A stretch of 64,000 nt of DNA from Minisyncoccota bacterium (GTDB lineage Archaea; Nanobdellota; Nanobdellia; Pacearchaeales; GW2011-AR1), in contig DAOTCN010000001.1 in NCBI GenBank assembly GCA_035453125.1, positions 233,634 through 297,633 of the forward strand. Reading direction: 5' to 3'. Shown here piece by piece: positions 52,323 to 61,703 of the stretch. The position numbers and the translations under genes were made by a program. A model generated the notes under the pieces. That model was not told the origin of the DNA. It saw nothing but the letters and a program-made list of their open reading frames with translations, and made no database searches. Every line of letters begins with the position of its first letter. Within the stretch, counting starts at the first letter, position 1.

Positions 52323-53207
52323 CTAACTAAGTTCTTTAGGTAAAAAATAAAAGAACATTTTACTCAATGGGCTCTTTGCAACATGTCTTGGTTTTATTCC
52401 TATTGCCCATGTAGGATTTACTGAATCATCATGAAAATGAGTTACACCTAGATTATCTGATAGTGGTCCTTGATTTAATCTTTCAAGTGCTACCATATAA
52501 CATTTTTCCCATGCAACTCTTTCTGTAGGATGTTGTTTAGCATTATATAAAGGATTAACAAATTTTCTGTAACCACTTGAATTTTTATTCAAAAAACTAT
52601 ATTGATTCGGTTGCAGAATAACATCTTTAACTGTTTTACCTTTTCTTGAACTTCTCTGAATAACTGAATCAGCTACCAGTTCTAGAGCAGTTGGTTTATT
52701 TGGTTTAGATTCCAATCTATAAAATTCTCTTCCTTCACAATAAAGTGTTTTTGCTAACAATAAAACATCTGATTCTTGACCAATCGAAATACTTCCTGGA
52801 TTTTCATATTCTGTTTGGTTAAATTGATATTTTAAGTTTAATTTTTGATTTAGCTGTTTTTCATTAAGGTTTATTTTTTCTTCAATGTTTTCATAACTAT
52901 TATTTACACTTAATCCTCTATTTCTAGAACCTTTTTTTTCAAGCAGACTATCTTCATTAGATTTATAATTATTTTTTATCTTCAATCTATCTCTTGATTC
53001 CTGAATAGACTCATTTTTAACAGTTTCTTCAAGATTACTTCCATAATTTGGTTCAATATCATTCAATATGATTGGGGGATTTTCATCAATTGTTTGATAA
53101 TTATTTGATATACATGAGTTTAATACAGTTGTAGCAGCAATAGTTCCAGCTAAATATTTTAAAAATTCTCTTCTGTTAATTTCTGTATCTTCTTTATAGT
53201 TTTTCAT
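52323..53207 (-). CDS. Tat-signal lipoprotein with SleB/CwlJ-like cell-wall hydrolase domain
   Basis: 294 aa. NRREFLKYLAGTIAATTVLNSC (twin-arginine motif plus lipobox). C-terminal LLLAKTLYCEGR..VADSVIQRS..VILQPNQYSF..THFH matches the Hydrolase_2 pattern. Confidence 0.65.
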   Translation of the reverse strand: MKNYKEDTEINRREFLKYLAGTIAATTVLNSCISNNYQTIDENPPIILNDIEPNYGSNLEETVKNESIQESRDRLKIKNNYKSNEDSLLEKKGSRNRGLSVNNSYENIEEKINLNEKQLNQKLNLKYQFNQTEYENPGSISIGQESDVLLLAKTLYCEGREFYRLESKPNKPTALELVADSVIQRSSRKGKTVKDVILQPNQYSFLNKNSSGYRKFVNPLYNAKQHPTERVAWEKCYMVALERLNQGPLSDNLGVTHFHDDSVNPTWAIGIKPRHVAKSPLSKMFFYFLPKELS

Positions 53208-53439
53208 GTTTTTTCCGTTGGTGATATTGTCACTAACTCTTAATTTTAAATTAAGTTTCGTATAGGGTATGGTATTTAAACTTTTCTATAATTTCAAGTT
53301 TAATTGTTCAATAGTTTACCTTCTTGATATTGCATTTATTTATGATCATCCTTTTTAAAACATTTAAACCAAAAATAAACTACAACTTAAAAACCAGGTA
53401 CATTTACGGTTTTTTGATTTTTTATACATGACAGGTAAT

Positions 53440-53447
53440 TTTATAAA
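53440..53447 (+). promoter_or_regulatory. TATA box (TTTATAAA) of thrS
   Basis: Ends 22 nt before the ATG at 53469. Confidence 0.6.
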
Positions 53448-53468
53448 TTAGAGAGATTAGTTAGCAGT

Positions 53469-55211
53469 ATGAAAATACTAACACTTCATTGTGATTATTT
53501 GAAGTTTAAGCCATTAAAAAAGGCAATAAAAAATCCTGAAGAGTTATCAAAAGAACGTGGAGAAGAAAAAAAAATTGAAGAAGTTCTTGCTGTTTTTACA
53601 GCTGTTGAAAAAAATGATGAAACAAATCCAAAGGTTGTAAATGATTTGATTGTAAATATTAAAGATATAGCAAAACAAGTTGGTACAAAAAATATTGTTC
53701 TTTATCCTTATGCTCATTTATCTTCAAATTTGTCAAATCCTTTATTTGCACAAAAAGTTTTAGAACAAGCAGAAGAACAATTGAAAAAAGAAAGATATAA
53801 TGCTGACCGAGCACCTTTCGGATATTATAAAGAGTTTGAATTAAAATGTAAAGGGCATCCTCTTTCAGAATTAAGTAGGGAAATTAAACTCGAAACAGAT
53901 GATGATAAATTACAGAAAGAAGTTAAGTTTAAAAAAATTGAAAAAGAAGAGGTTTATGATTATAAGAAAATATTAAGTCAATTATCAAAAACAAAATTAG
54001 ATACTTCTAAATTAAAAGAAAATGATCATAGAATTGTTGGGCAAAAACTAGATTTGTTTAGTTTTAGTGAAGTTGCACCGGGCATGGTGTTTTGGCATAA
54101 TAATGGCCTTATAATTTATAATGAATTAATCAATTATTGGAGAGATGAACATAGAAAGGCAGGTTATCAAGAAATTTCTACACCACAAATTTTAGATAAA
54201 AGGTTGTGGTTAATTTCTGGACATTGGGATAAGTATAAGGAAAATATATTTTTAACAGAGTATGAAGGAAGGGATTTTGCAGTTAAGCCAATGAATTGTC
54301 CTGGTGGAATGTTAGTTTATAAAAATTCACCAAAATCATACAAAGATTTACCATTAAGAGTTGGAGAACTTGGAATTGTTCATCGACAAGAGTTATCAGG
54401 AGTATTGGGTGGATTGTTCAGAGTAATTAAGTTTACACAAGATGATGCGCATATATTTTGTACAGAAGAACAGCTTGAAGATGAGATTATTAACATTATT
54501 GAGATAATTGATACATTTTTTAAAAAGTTTGATTTAAAATTTGATCATGTTGAGCTTTCAACTAGACCTGAAAAAAGAATTGGAGATGATAAAGTTTGGG
54601 ATAAAGCTGAAAATACTTTGGAAAATGTTCTAAAAAAAAGAAAGATAAATTATAAGATAAATAAAGGTGATGGTGCTTTTTACGGACCTAAAATTGATTT
54701 TCATGCTAAAGATTCTCAAGGAAGAACTTGGCAGTTGTCAACAATACAGCTTGATTTTGCAATGCCTGAAAGATTTGAACTTGAGTATACTGATACTGAT
54801 AACAAAAAAAGAGCACCTATTATGTTGCATAGAGTTGTTTATGGTAGTATGGAAAGATTTATTGGAATTTTACTTGAACATACAAATGGCGCGTTACCAA
54901 CATGGTTATCTCCAATACAAGTAAGAGTGATTAACTTCACGGATAGAAATAACAAGGCATGCGAGAAACTTGTTAAAAAATTAAAAGAAAGTAACATTCG
55001 AGTAGATTTTGATTTTAATAGTGTTCCTTTAGCAGGTAAAATCCGGGAAGCAGAAATGCAAAAAATACCTTATGTAATTGTAATTGGTGATAAAGAAGAA
55101 AAAGAAAGGAAAATAGCTGTTAGAGTAAGAGGTGAGAAAAAAATTTTTTCTGAAAGTGAGGATAAATTTATTCAAAAGATTAAAGGAGAAATAGATAATA
55201 GACTAAAATGA
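53469..55211 (+). CDS. thrS: threonyl-tRNA synthetase (archaeal type with N-terminal editing domain)
   Basis: 580 aa. MKILTLHCDYLKFKP archaeal editing-domain start. Class II core FRVIKFTQDDAHIF, GAFYGPKID, and an anticodon-binding C-terminus. Confidence 0.95.
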   Translation: MKILTLHCDYLKFKPLKKAIKNPEELSKERGEEKKIEEVLAVFTAVEKNDETNPKVVNDLIVNIKDIAKQVGTKNIVLYPYAHLSSNLSNPLFAQKVLEQAEEQLKKERYNADRAPFGYYKEFELKCKGHPLSELSREIKLETDDDKLQKEVKFKKIEKEEVYDYKKILSQLSKTKLDTSKLKENDHRIVGQKLDLFSFSEVAPGMVFWHNNGLIIYNELINYWRDEHRKAGYQEISTPQILDKRLWLISGHWDKYKENIFLTEYEGRDFAVKPMNCPGGMLVYKNSPKSYKDLPLRVGELGIVHRQELSGVLGGLFRVIKFTQDDAHIFCTEEQLEDEIINIIEIIDTFFKKFDLKFDHVELSTRPEKRIGDDKVWDKAENTLENVLKKRKINYKINKGDGAFYGPKIDFHAKDSQGRTWQLSTIQLDFAMPERFELEYTDTDNKKRAPIMLHRVVYGSMERFIGILLEHTNGALPTWLSPIQVRVINFTDRNNKACEKLVKKLKESNIRVDFDFNSVPLAGKIREAEMQKIPYVIVIGDKEEKERKIAVRVRGEKKIFSESEDKFIQKIKGEIDNRLK

Positions 55212-55423
55212 AATGTCATATTAGAGAAATTGGTAAAAAGAAGTTTGTTAAAGGAGTAGATAGCTGTTATAGAATACTTGGACTTACTGAAAATCCAAAT
55301 GAAGCAGATGTTTATAGAAAATCAACGGGAAGGCATATATCTGATATGATAAACATACTTGATTATGTTGATGAAAATGAAAATGTAAGTAATTTTAGAA
55401 CAACAAAATCTATATTTTATTAA
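55208..55423 (+). CDS. hypothetical small protein
   Basis: 71 aa. ATGA overlap with the thrS stop. Confidence 0.35.
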   Translation: MKCHIREIGKKKFVKGVDSCYRILGLTENPNEADVYRKSTGRHISDMINILDYVDENENVSNFRTTKSIFY

Positions 55424-55969
55424 TTGTATAAACATTTAAAAAACATATTTTCTTTAAGTAATTATAAAAAAGAGAATATGAAAATTCAACCTTACATATC
55501 AAAATTAAATAAGTCACCTAAGTTTAAAAGATTTATAGAGGAAAATCCTAAATCTTATTTTGCAGCTGGTTTCTTTGTTTTGGATTTTGAAAAGGGAAAT
55601 AATATACATCAAATAGATTATTATATTCCTACAAAGAAAAAAATGGGCACTTTTGCACTTGACAAAGGAGTTATTGTAAAAGAGTCTGAGCTATCAAATC
55701 AAACAATACCTAAAAAAATTCAAGGAAAAATAAAATTAGACTTGGATAATTTAAAAGGAATTGTTGAAGATGAGATGAAAAATAATACTGTGACTGCAAA
55801 AGTAAACAAAATAATTGCAGTTATTCAAAACATAGAAAATAAACTTGTTTGGAATTTAAACTGTTTAACAAATGATATGGGAATAATTAAAATTCATATA
55901 GATGATGATACTCATTCTGTTTTAAAATTTGAAAAAATAAATCTTTTTGATATAATTCGAAAGGTTTAG
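55424..55969 (+). CDS. hypothetical protein (start uncertain: TTG at 55424 or ATG at 55478)
   Basis: 181-aa ORF. No motif recognised. Confidence 0.4.
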   Translation: MYKHLKNIFSLSNYKKENMKIQPYISKLNKSPKFKRFIEENPKSYFAAGFFVLDFEKGNNIHQIDYYIPTKKKMGTFALDKGVIVKESELSNQTIPKKIQGKIKLDLDNLKGIVEDEMKNNTVTAKVNKIIAVIQNIENKLVWNLNCLTNDMGIIKIHIDDDTHSVLKFEKINLFDIIRKV

Positions 55970-55972
55970 AAA

Positions 55973-56422
55973 ATGAAAAATTTTAGATATAGGAAAGGAG
56001 TTTTTGTTGTAGTTTATAGATTTGAAAAAAAGAAAAAGTTAGAATATCTTATTCTTAAAAGAAAATTACACTGGAAAGGGTGGGAATTTACTAAAGGTGG
56101 TGTGGAAAATGGAGAGAATTTAGTTGAAGCTGTAAAAAGGGAGATTAAAGAAGAATGCGGTTTAAAAACACTAAAAATAAAAAAATACAATTTAAAGGGA
56201 AAATTCAGGTATGATAAAAAAACTCTGGAAGATAGACAGTATATTGGACAAAGCTATAATTTATTCTCTGCTCAAGTAAAAAATAAAATTAAAAAGGTAA
56301 AAATTGACAAAAGAGAGCATTCAGATTATAAGTGGGTTGATTATAATACTGCTATTAAAATTTTAACTTGGGAAAATCAAAGAAAAGCATTGAGATTAGT
56401 TAATGATTTTTTGTCTGTATAA
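55973..56422 (+). CDS. NUDIX hydrolase
   Basis: 149 aa. Nudix box GWEFTKGGVENGENLVEAVKREIKEECGL. Confidence 0.85.
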   Translation: MKNFRYRKGVFVVVYRFEKKKKLEYLILKRKLHWKGWEFTKGGVENGENLVEAVKREIKEECGLKTLKIKKYNLKGKFRYDKKTLEDRQYIGQSYNLFSAQVKNKIKKVKIDKREHSDYKWVDYNTAIKILTWENQRKALRLVNDFLSV

Positions 56423-56493
56423 GTATCTTTTGAAATAAAACATTACTTTTCTATAACAAATAAGTTTATATATTTGATCAAACATTAAATTTA

Positions 56494-56751
56494 ATGGATC
56501 AAGATATTGGAAAAATAAAAAAGAATGATACAACTGAAGTTATTGTTAGAGTTGATGAATATAAAGGAAAAAAAGGTCTTACAATAAGAGAGTTTACAAG
56601 AAGTGATAAGTATACTGGTTTTACAAAGTCTGGAACAAGAATACCTGGACATAAGTTTAAAGAATTCAGAGACATGATTAATTCTATAGATGAATCAGCA
56701 TTTGAAGGTTCAGAAGTACCTGAAGATTCAATAGATCCTGAAGATTACTAA
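56494..56751 (+). CDS. hypothetical protein, possibly PC4/YdbC-like ssDNA-binding
   Basis: 85 aa. EVIVRVDEYKGKKGLTIREF..GFTKSGTRIPGHKFKEF resembles the PC4-like fold pattern. Acidic tail. TATA at 56465-56472. Confidence 0.4.
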   Translation: MDQDIGKIKKNDTTEVIVRVDEYKGKKGLTIREFTRSDKYTGFTKSGTRIPGHKFKEFRDMINSIDESAFEGSEVPEDSIDPEDY

Positions 56752-56842
56752 AATTCTTAATCTTTGGGAGTAGTATTAAAATTTGGTTTATCATTCTAAC
56801 GTTTTATTTAAGCTCGAGTTTTGAGAAGAACTTAACTAAAAG

Positions 56843-58411
56843 TTAGATAATAGCCAAAAGAATATGTTGGAATAAAAATATTAAAACTAAAAATAATATT
56901 GTAAATAATATGATAAACTTCATTACCTTTCTATTGTTATAATATCCCCAGACAAATGGTGAAATAAATAAACAAAATATCCCATAGTAGAAAAGAACAA
57001 TAGTAAATATCAAATATAATACACCTAGAAGTATATCTAGTATATCTTCCAATCTAGAATGTCCTAACATATCTCTGAACATAAATGTAAAGAATATTAT
57101 TGGAATGACCAAACCCCACAAAAGAGTCCTACCTATAACTTTTTTCATACCTACATCTTCTTGAGTATTTTGTTTAGCTTCAGTGAATCTTTTATCAATT
57201 TTCATTACATAAGAAGCAATAGTGAATCCTACAAAACTCAATAAATTCCAGAAGCCCATTAAACTAAATTTAAACAAAGATGGAGAGTCTTTTCTAAAAA
57301 TAATCAATCCTGAAATTAAACTTGCTAAACATGAAGCAATTAGAAAGATAACTAAAGCTGGATAAAACCAATATCTATTTATTGTATCTGCCATCTGTAT
57401 TTTAGCTGGAGTCGAAATATCCATCCATAAGTCTTGAGTTAAATATTTTGAAGGAGGATTTATCTTAATTTTTGTATACTTCAAATCATTAATGATTTCT
57501 TGATTATTAAAAAAATCCCTTAATTCTTCTGAGGGGCTGTAATATTCTTTGAAAAAATAGTTAACTTGGCTGTCTGCTTTTATTTCATTATACAAATTAG
57601 GCTCTACATAATCCATTACATAAATCACTGCTGGAACTCTTTCGCTTCCATAAACTGATGTTGGTTTTAGAGGGAAATATAATCTATCTGTTGGAAAAGT
57701 AATGAAAACACCGATGCTGTTACCTCTTCTCATCCCCATATATAAATTAGTTTGGTTTCCTTGCTCTTGCTTAAATTTTTCAACATCTGAAATCCAAGAT
57801 ACAACAAAAGAGTATTCTTGTCCAATATATTCTTCTAAGATTGCTTTTGAAGAAGTCTCAAGAATCAATCCTTTGTTAGTTAAATAATTTGTTAAAGAAT
57901 CTCCATTTGTAGCAGAAATTAGTTCAGTTGTTAAACCAAGTTTTTCTATACTTTCATAAACAGTCACACCTTGCATTCCAAGAGTCTCCTTGTTACTCGT
58001 CCCCATACCTATAGAACCAAATGAACCAAATAATATCCATGGAATAGTATAAGTTTGTGTTAACCTCATCGCAGTAAAAGCATTTGAGATTGTTCTATCA
58101 ACTTGTTCTTCAACATCATATCCATTAAGACTTGGAAACCCTTTGATTATATTGATAACTGTTTTTTCAGGTTTTGCTGGAACAGGAAAAATCCAAACTG
58201 CTTTCTCCCCTCTTAATTCTTCTCCAGTATCTACTGTTAGAATCATATTTTGAATTCCATCTTTATAATTTATTGCACAAAACTGTTGCTCTTCTGTAAA
58301 CAAACCCCACATATCTTTATCATAAACATGAATCATTCCATCTGCAAAAACAGAAGTTGCACTAATTGATATTAAGAATAAAAATACAAAACCTAAAAAT
58401 AATTTCTTCAT
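56843..58411 (-). CDS. large membrane protein (DUF2330-like N-terminal ectodomain)
   Basis: 522 aa. Signal peptide, AVWIFPVPAKPEKT-type motif, C-terminal multi-TM region. Confidence 0.45.
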   Translation of the reverse strand: MKKLFLGFVFLFLISISATSVFADGMIHVYDKDMWGLFTEEQQFCAINYKDGIQNMILTVDTGEELRGEKAVWIFPVPAKPEKTVINIIKGFPSLNGYDVEEQVDRTISNAFTAMRLTQTYTIPWILFGSFGSIGMGTSNKETLGMQGVTVYESIEKLGLTTELISATNGDSLTNYLTNKGLILETSSKAILEEYIGQEYSFVVSWISDVEKFKQEQGNQTNLYMGMRRGNSIGVFITFPTDRLYFPLKPTSVYGSERVPAVIYVMDYVEPNLYNEIKADSQVNYFFKEYYSPSEELRDFFNNQEIINDLKYTKIKINPPSKYLTQDLWMDISTPAKIQMADTINRYWFYPALVIFLIASCLASLISGLIIFRKDSPSLFKFSLMGFWNLLSFVGFTIASYVMKIDKRFTEAKQNTQEDVGMKKVIGRTLLWGLVIPIIFFTFMFRDMLGHSRLEDILDILLGVLYLIFTIVLFYYGIFCLFISPFVWGYYNNRKVMKFIILFTILFLVLIFLFQHILLAII

Positions 58412-58496
58412 TTTTTAAAGTTGTTCTTACCTCTTCTTAAAGCTTATAATAATTTAAAGAAAAGCACATATAAAAAGCTATCTTCTTTATACTGCT

Positions 58497-58712
58497 TTAT
58501 TGCTTATTTTCAAGATTTACACCTAATTTCTTTAGCTCTTCAATATGTGCTTTGATAAGAGCTTCAGTGACCTGTACAAGTCTTATTAATTCATTTCTTT
58601 CATTTACTAATGTTTGTATAGCCCCTTTATGGAATCCAATTTGCTGTTCTCTAGGCAAGATTGATTTAGGTGAATGTTCTGCTTTTTTAGTTGCCATATT
58701 TTTAATAGACAT
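58497..58712 (-). CDS. hypothetical small helical protein
   Basis: 71-aa ORF. Confidence 0.35.
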   Translation of the reverse strand: MSIKNMATKKAEHSPKSILPREQQIGFHKGAIQTLVNERNELIRLVQVTEALIKAHIEELKKLGVNLENKQ

Positions 58713-58813
58713 TAATAGTTTATAAATTATACTTTTAGTCTAAACTTTATAATAGCATAACTTTTTAAAGCAAGATTTATTGTAAAAATTATAAATATAT
58801 TCAGGAGGACAAA

Positions 58814-59023
58814 ATGAAAAACTTTGGAAACAATAGAAGTGGCGGATTCAACCGAGGATTTAATAGAGGATTTAGTAGTGGACCAAAAGAAATGCATAAA
58901 GCTACATGTAGCGAATGTGGTAAAGAATGCGAAGTTCCATTTAAACCAAGTAATGATTCTGAGGGTAAACCAAGACCAGTTTACTGTAAAGAATGTTATG
59001 CAAAAAAGAAACCAAGATATTAA
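58814..59023 (+). CDS. CxxC-x17-CxxC-type zinc-ribbon protein with RG/FNRGF N-terminus
   Basis: 69 aa. GGFNRGFNRGF, then CSECGKECEVPFKP...RPVYCKECY. AGGAGG at 58803-58808. Confidence 0.7.
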   Translation: MKNFGNNRSGGFNRGFNRGFSSGPKEMHKATCSECGKECEVPFKPSNDSEGKPRPVYCKECYAKKKPRY

Positions 59024-59084
59024 TTAATACTTAATGTCTTAAAATTTTATTTTTTATTTTTTAATTAAACCTTTTAGTTATTTT

Positions 59085-59684
59085 TCATTTCTCAACAATC
59101 AAAATTATATTTGAGCATGGATCAAAATGCTTTGTTATTTTAAAACCGACATTTTCAAGTTCAGATTTAAACTCTTCATAATCATAAAGATAATAATTTC
59201 TATATAGTTTTTTACCATTAACATTCCAGGAAACTTTCATTTTCTTCTTTTCTTTTTTGAATCTTCTTGCATCTTTGTCCCATACAGTTATTAACATTTG
59301 AGCTTTTGGTTTCATTATTCTATAGAGTTCTTTTATTGTTTTTTTTCTCTGAAATTTATACTTCATGCAATGAATTAAAGCTATACAAATAACACTGTCA
59401 AAAAAATTATCTTTAAATGGTAGCTTTGTTGCTTTTGCAACAAACAAATTCGTTTTTATGTTATCTTGTTTTGATTTTTTTTCTGCTAATTTAATCATTT
59501 CATCCGAAAAATCAACTCCATAAATTGTTCCTTTTGTTTCGACAAAATTTCTTCCACTACCACAACCTAAATCAAGAATATTTCCTTTTTTGTTTTTAAG
59601 AAAATCTATAACCATTCCTGGAGGTTCTTTTTTATACTCGCTCCATTTTGGAGCTATTTTATTCCATACTTTAAGCTGATTCAT
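59085..59684 (-). CDS. class I SAM-dependent methyltransferase
   Basis: 199 aa. Motif I ILDLGCGSGRN, then the post-I acidic residue YGVDFS. Confidence 0.85.
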   Translation of the reverse strand: MNQLKVWNKIAPKWSEYKKEPPGMVIDFLKNKKGNILDLGCGSGRNFVETKGTIYGVDFSDEMIKLAEKKSKQDNIKTNLFVAKATKLPFKDNFFDSVICIALIHCMKYKFQRKKTIKELYRIMKPKAQMLITVWDKDARRFKKEKKKMKVSWNVNGKKLYRNYYLYDYEEFKSELENVGFKITKHFDPCSNIILIVEK

Positions 59685-59741
59685 AATTAATTGAACAAAA
59701 AGCTGTTTAAAAAATAATCTTTTTTAAGAGTTTTAAAGAAA

Positions 59742-60179
59742 TCAGTCAACTAAATTAAAAAAAGTTTTAAGTTTATCTGAGAAAAAATTCATTTTTTCTT
59801 TACCACTTAATCCTCTTTGTATTTCATCTAAACCTATAAACGTATTTTCAATAGTATTATCAAGATTATATATAATTCGTTTATGATTACAATTAAACGG
59901 ACTGAAACATTCATCAAAAGACATTGAAGGTTTTAGAACATAAAGATAATCAGTAGAAACATTAATCCTATTATTTACTGTATGATCTTCAAAAATAACT
60001 GAATCTATTATAGTTATAGTTCCTTTTGAAGAAAGTAACTGTCTTGGTCTAAATTCTTTTACCTTAAATATGATTGGATAATTTCCATATATTTCATTTC
60101 TACCAAATAGCATGACAATATCATTTTCATTAAACATTTTTAAGTTGTAATGTTTATTTTTTGTATAATCTTTTACCAT
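59742..60179 (-). CDS. hypothetical protein
   Basis: 145-aa ORF. No motif recognised. Confidence 0.4.
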   Translation of the reverse strand: MVKDYTKNKHYNLKMFNENDIVMLFGRNEIYGNYPIIFKVKEFRPRQLLSSKGTITIIDSVIFEDHTVNNRINVSTDYLYVLKPSMSFDECFSPFNCNHKRIIYNLDNTIENTFIGLDEIQRGLSGKEKMNFFSDKLKTFFNLVD

Positions 60180-60240
60180 AATTTTAATAGGATGATTAAT
60201 TTTAAAAGCATTTTTATAGTTAAGTCAATCTATTACTTAC

Positions 60241-61674
60241 ATGAAGCCTGCTGGAAAGAATGAAGTAAGAAAACCAACAAAAACACTTTCAGGTGTTACA
60301 CCTATAGCTGTTATGTTAAAGCCAAGAAAATGCAAGCATGGAGTTTGCAGATATTGTCCTAGCCTTAATGTTCCACAAAGTTACACCCCTTTAAGTCCGC
60401 CAGTTATACGAGCTAAATTATTAAAATATAATGCTTATGATCAAGTTCTTTCAAGGTTGAAAGCATTCAAGTTAATGAATCATCCGACAGACAAAATAGA
60501 GTTAATTGTTATGGGTGGAACATTTCTTTCTTATCCTGATAAATATCAAACAGATTTTATTAAAAAATGCTATGATGCTTTAAATGGAAAAGTTTCTAAA
60601 AATTTAGAAAGTGCAAAAAAACTAAATGAAAAATCTAAAAATAGATGTGTTGCACTTTGTATAGAGACTAGACCAGACTATTGTACTGAAAAACATATTA
60701 AAAAAATGCTAGAATTTGGTGCAACACGAGTTGAGCTTGGTGTTCAAGCAATTGATGATACTATCTATAAAAAAGTAAATAGAGGTCATACAGTTAAAGA
60801 TGTAATTAATGCTACAAAAAGACTAAGAAGTGCAGGATTTAAAATAGGATATCATTTAATGCCTGGATTGCCTGGAAGTAGTCCTGAAAAAGATATTGAA
60901 ATGTTTAAAGAAATATTCTCAAATCCTAATTTTAAGCCAGATCAGATAAAAATATATCCTTGTCAGGTAATTAAGGGTTCAATCTTAGAAGAGGACTATA
61001 AGAAAGGATTGTATAAACCCTATTCCGAAATTCAGATAAAAAATTTACTAATTGAGATTTTTAAAATTGTTCCGAAATATTGTAGAGTTATGAGAGTAAT
61101 GAGGGAACTTCCACCTAATTTTATTGTAGCTGGAACAACAAGAATTTCTCTAAGAAAGGATGTTGAAGAGTATCTTAGAAGTTCAAATTTAGAGATTAAT
61201 GAAATAAGATTCAGGGAAATTGGATTTGCGCAACAACATGGTAAAAAATTGAATAGCAAAATTTCAATTGAGAAAATAATTTACGAAACAAATGGAGGAG
61301 TTGAAATATTTATTCAGGCCGTTAACAAACAAGGTATCTTATTTGGATTATTAAGGTTAAGGATTCCTTATTTTAATTCAGATAATAAAGTTTTTATTAA
61401 AGAGTTAAATAACTGTGCAATAATAAGAGAGTTACATGTTTATGGAAAAAGTGTTGGTATTGGAAAAAAAGCAAAAACAAAAATTGACCAACATAGGGGT
61501 ATTGGAAAGAGATTAATGAAAGAAGCTGAAAATTATATTAAATCTATTTCTAAAGATAAATCTATAACAAAAATAGCTGTTATCTCTGGTGTTGGTGTAA
61601 GAGAGTATTATAAAAAGCTAGGATATAGCCTTAAATCAGGCTATATGATAAAAAAAATAAAATTTAAAAAATAA
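60241..61674 (+). CDS. elp3: Elp3-type radical SAM / GNAT tRNA-modification enzyme
   Basis: 477 aa. Radical-SAM Cys cluster CKHGVCRYCP, ETRPDY, VELGVQ. C-terminal GNAT HRGIGKRLM. Confidence 0.9.
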   Translation: MKPAGKNEVRKPTKTLSGVTPIAVMLKPRKCKHGVCRYCPSLNVPQSYTPLSPPVIRAKLLKYNAYDQVLSRLKAFKLMNHPTDKIELIVMGGTFLSYPDKYQTDFIKKCYDALNGKVSKNLESAKKLNEKSKNRCVALCIETRPDYCTEKHIKKMLEFGATRVELGVQAIDDTIYKKVNRGHTVKDVINATKRLRSAGFKIGYHLMPGLPGSSPEKDIEMFKEIFSNPNFKPDQIKIYPCQVIKGSILEEDYKKGLYKPYSEIQIKNLLIEIFKIVPKYCRVMRVMRELPPNFIVAGTTRISLRKDVEEYLRSSNLEINEIRFREIGFAQQHGKKLNSKISIEKIIYETNGGVEIFIQAVNKQGILFGLLRLRIPYFNSDNKVFIKELNNCAIIRELHVYGKSVGIGKKAKTKIDQHRGIGKRLMKEAENYIKSISKDKSITKIAVISGVGVREYYKKLGYSLKSGYMIKKIKFKK

Positions 61675-61698
61675 AATTTAAAAAATAAAATTTAAAAA
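61657..61698. repeat. 3 x 14-nt tandem repeat (ATAAAATTTAAAAA)
   Basis: Three exact copies spanning the elp3 stop codon and the convergent intergenic spacer. Confidence 0.8.
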
Positions 61699-61703
61699 AT
61701 TTA

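Noticed and set aside
58824-59027. Alternative-frame ORF overlapping the zinc-ribbon gene
   Set aside because: The 58814 frame has the SD site, the CxxC pairs and the RG-rich motif. The other frame has no features.
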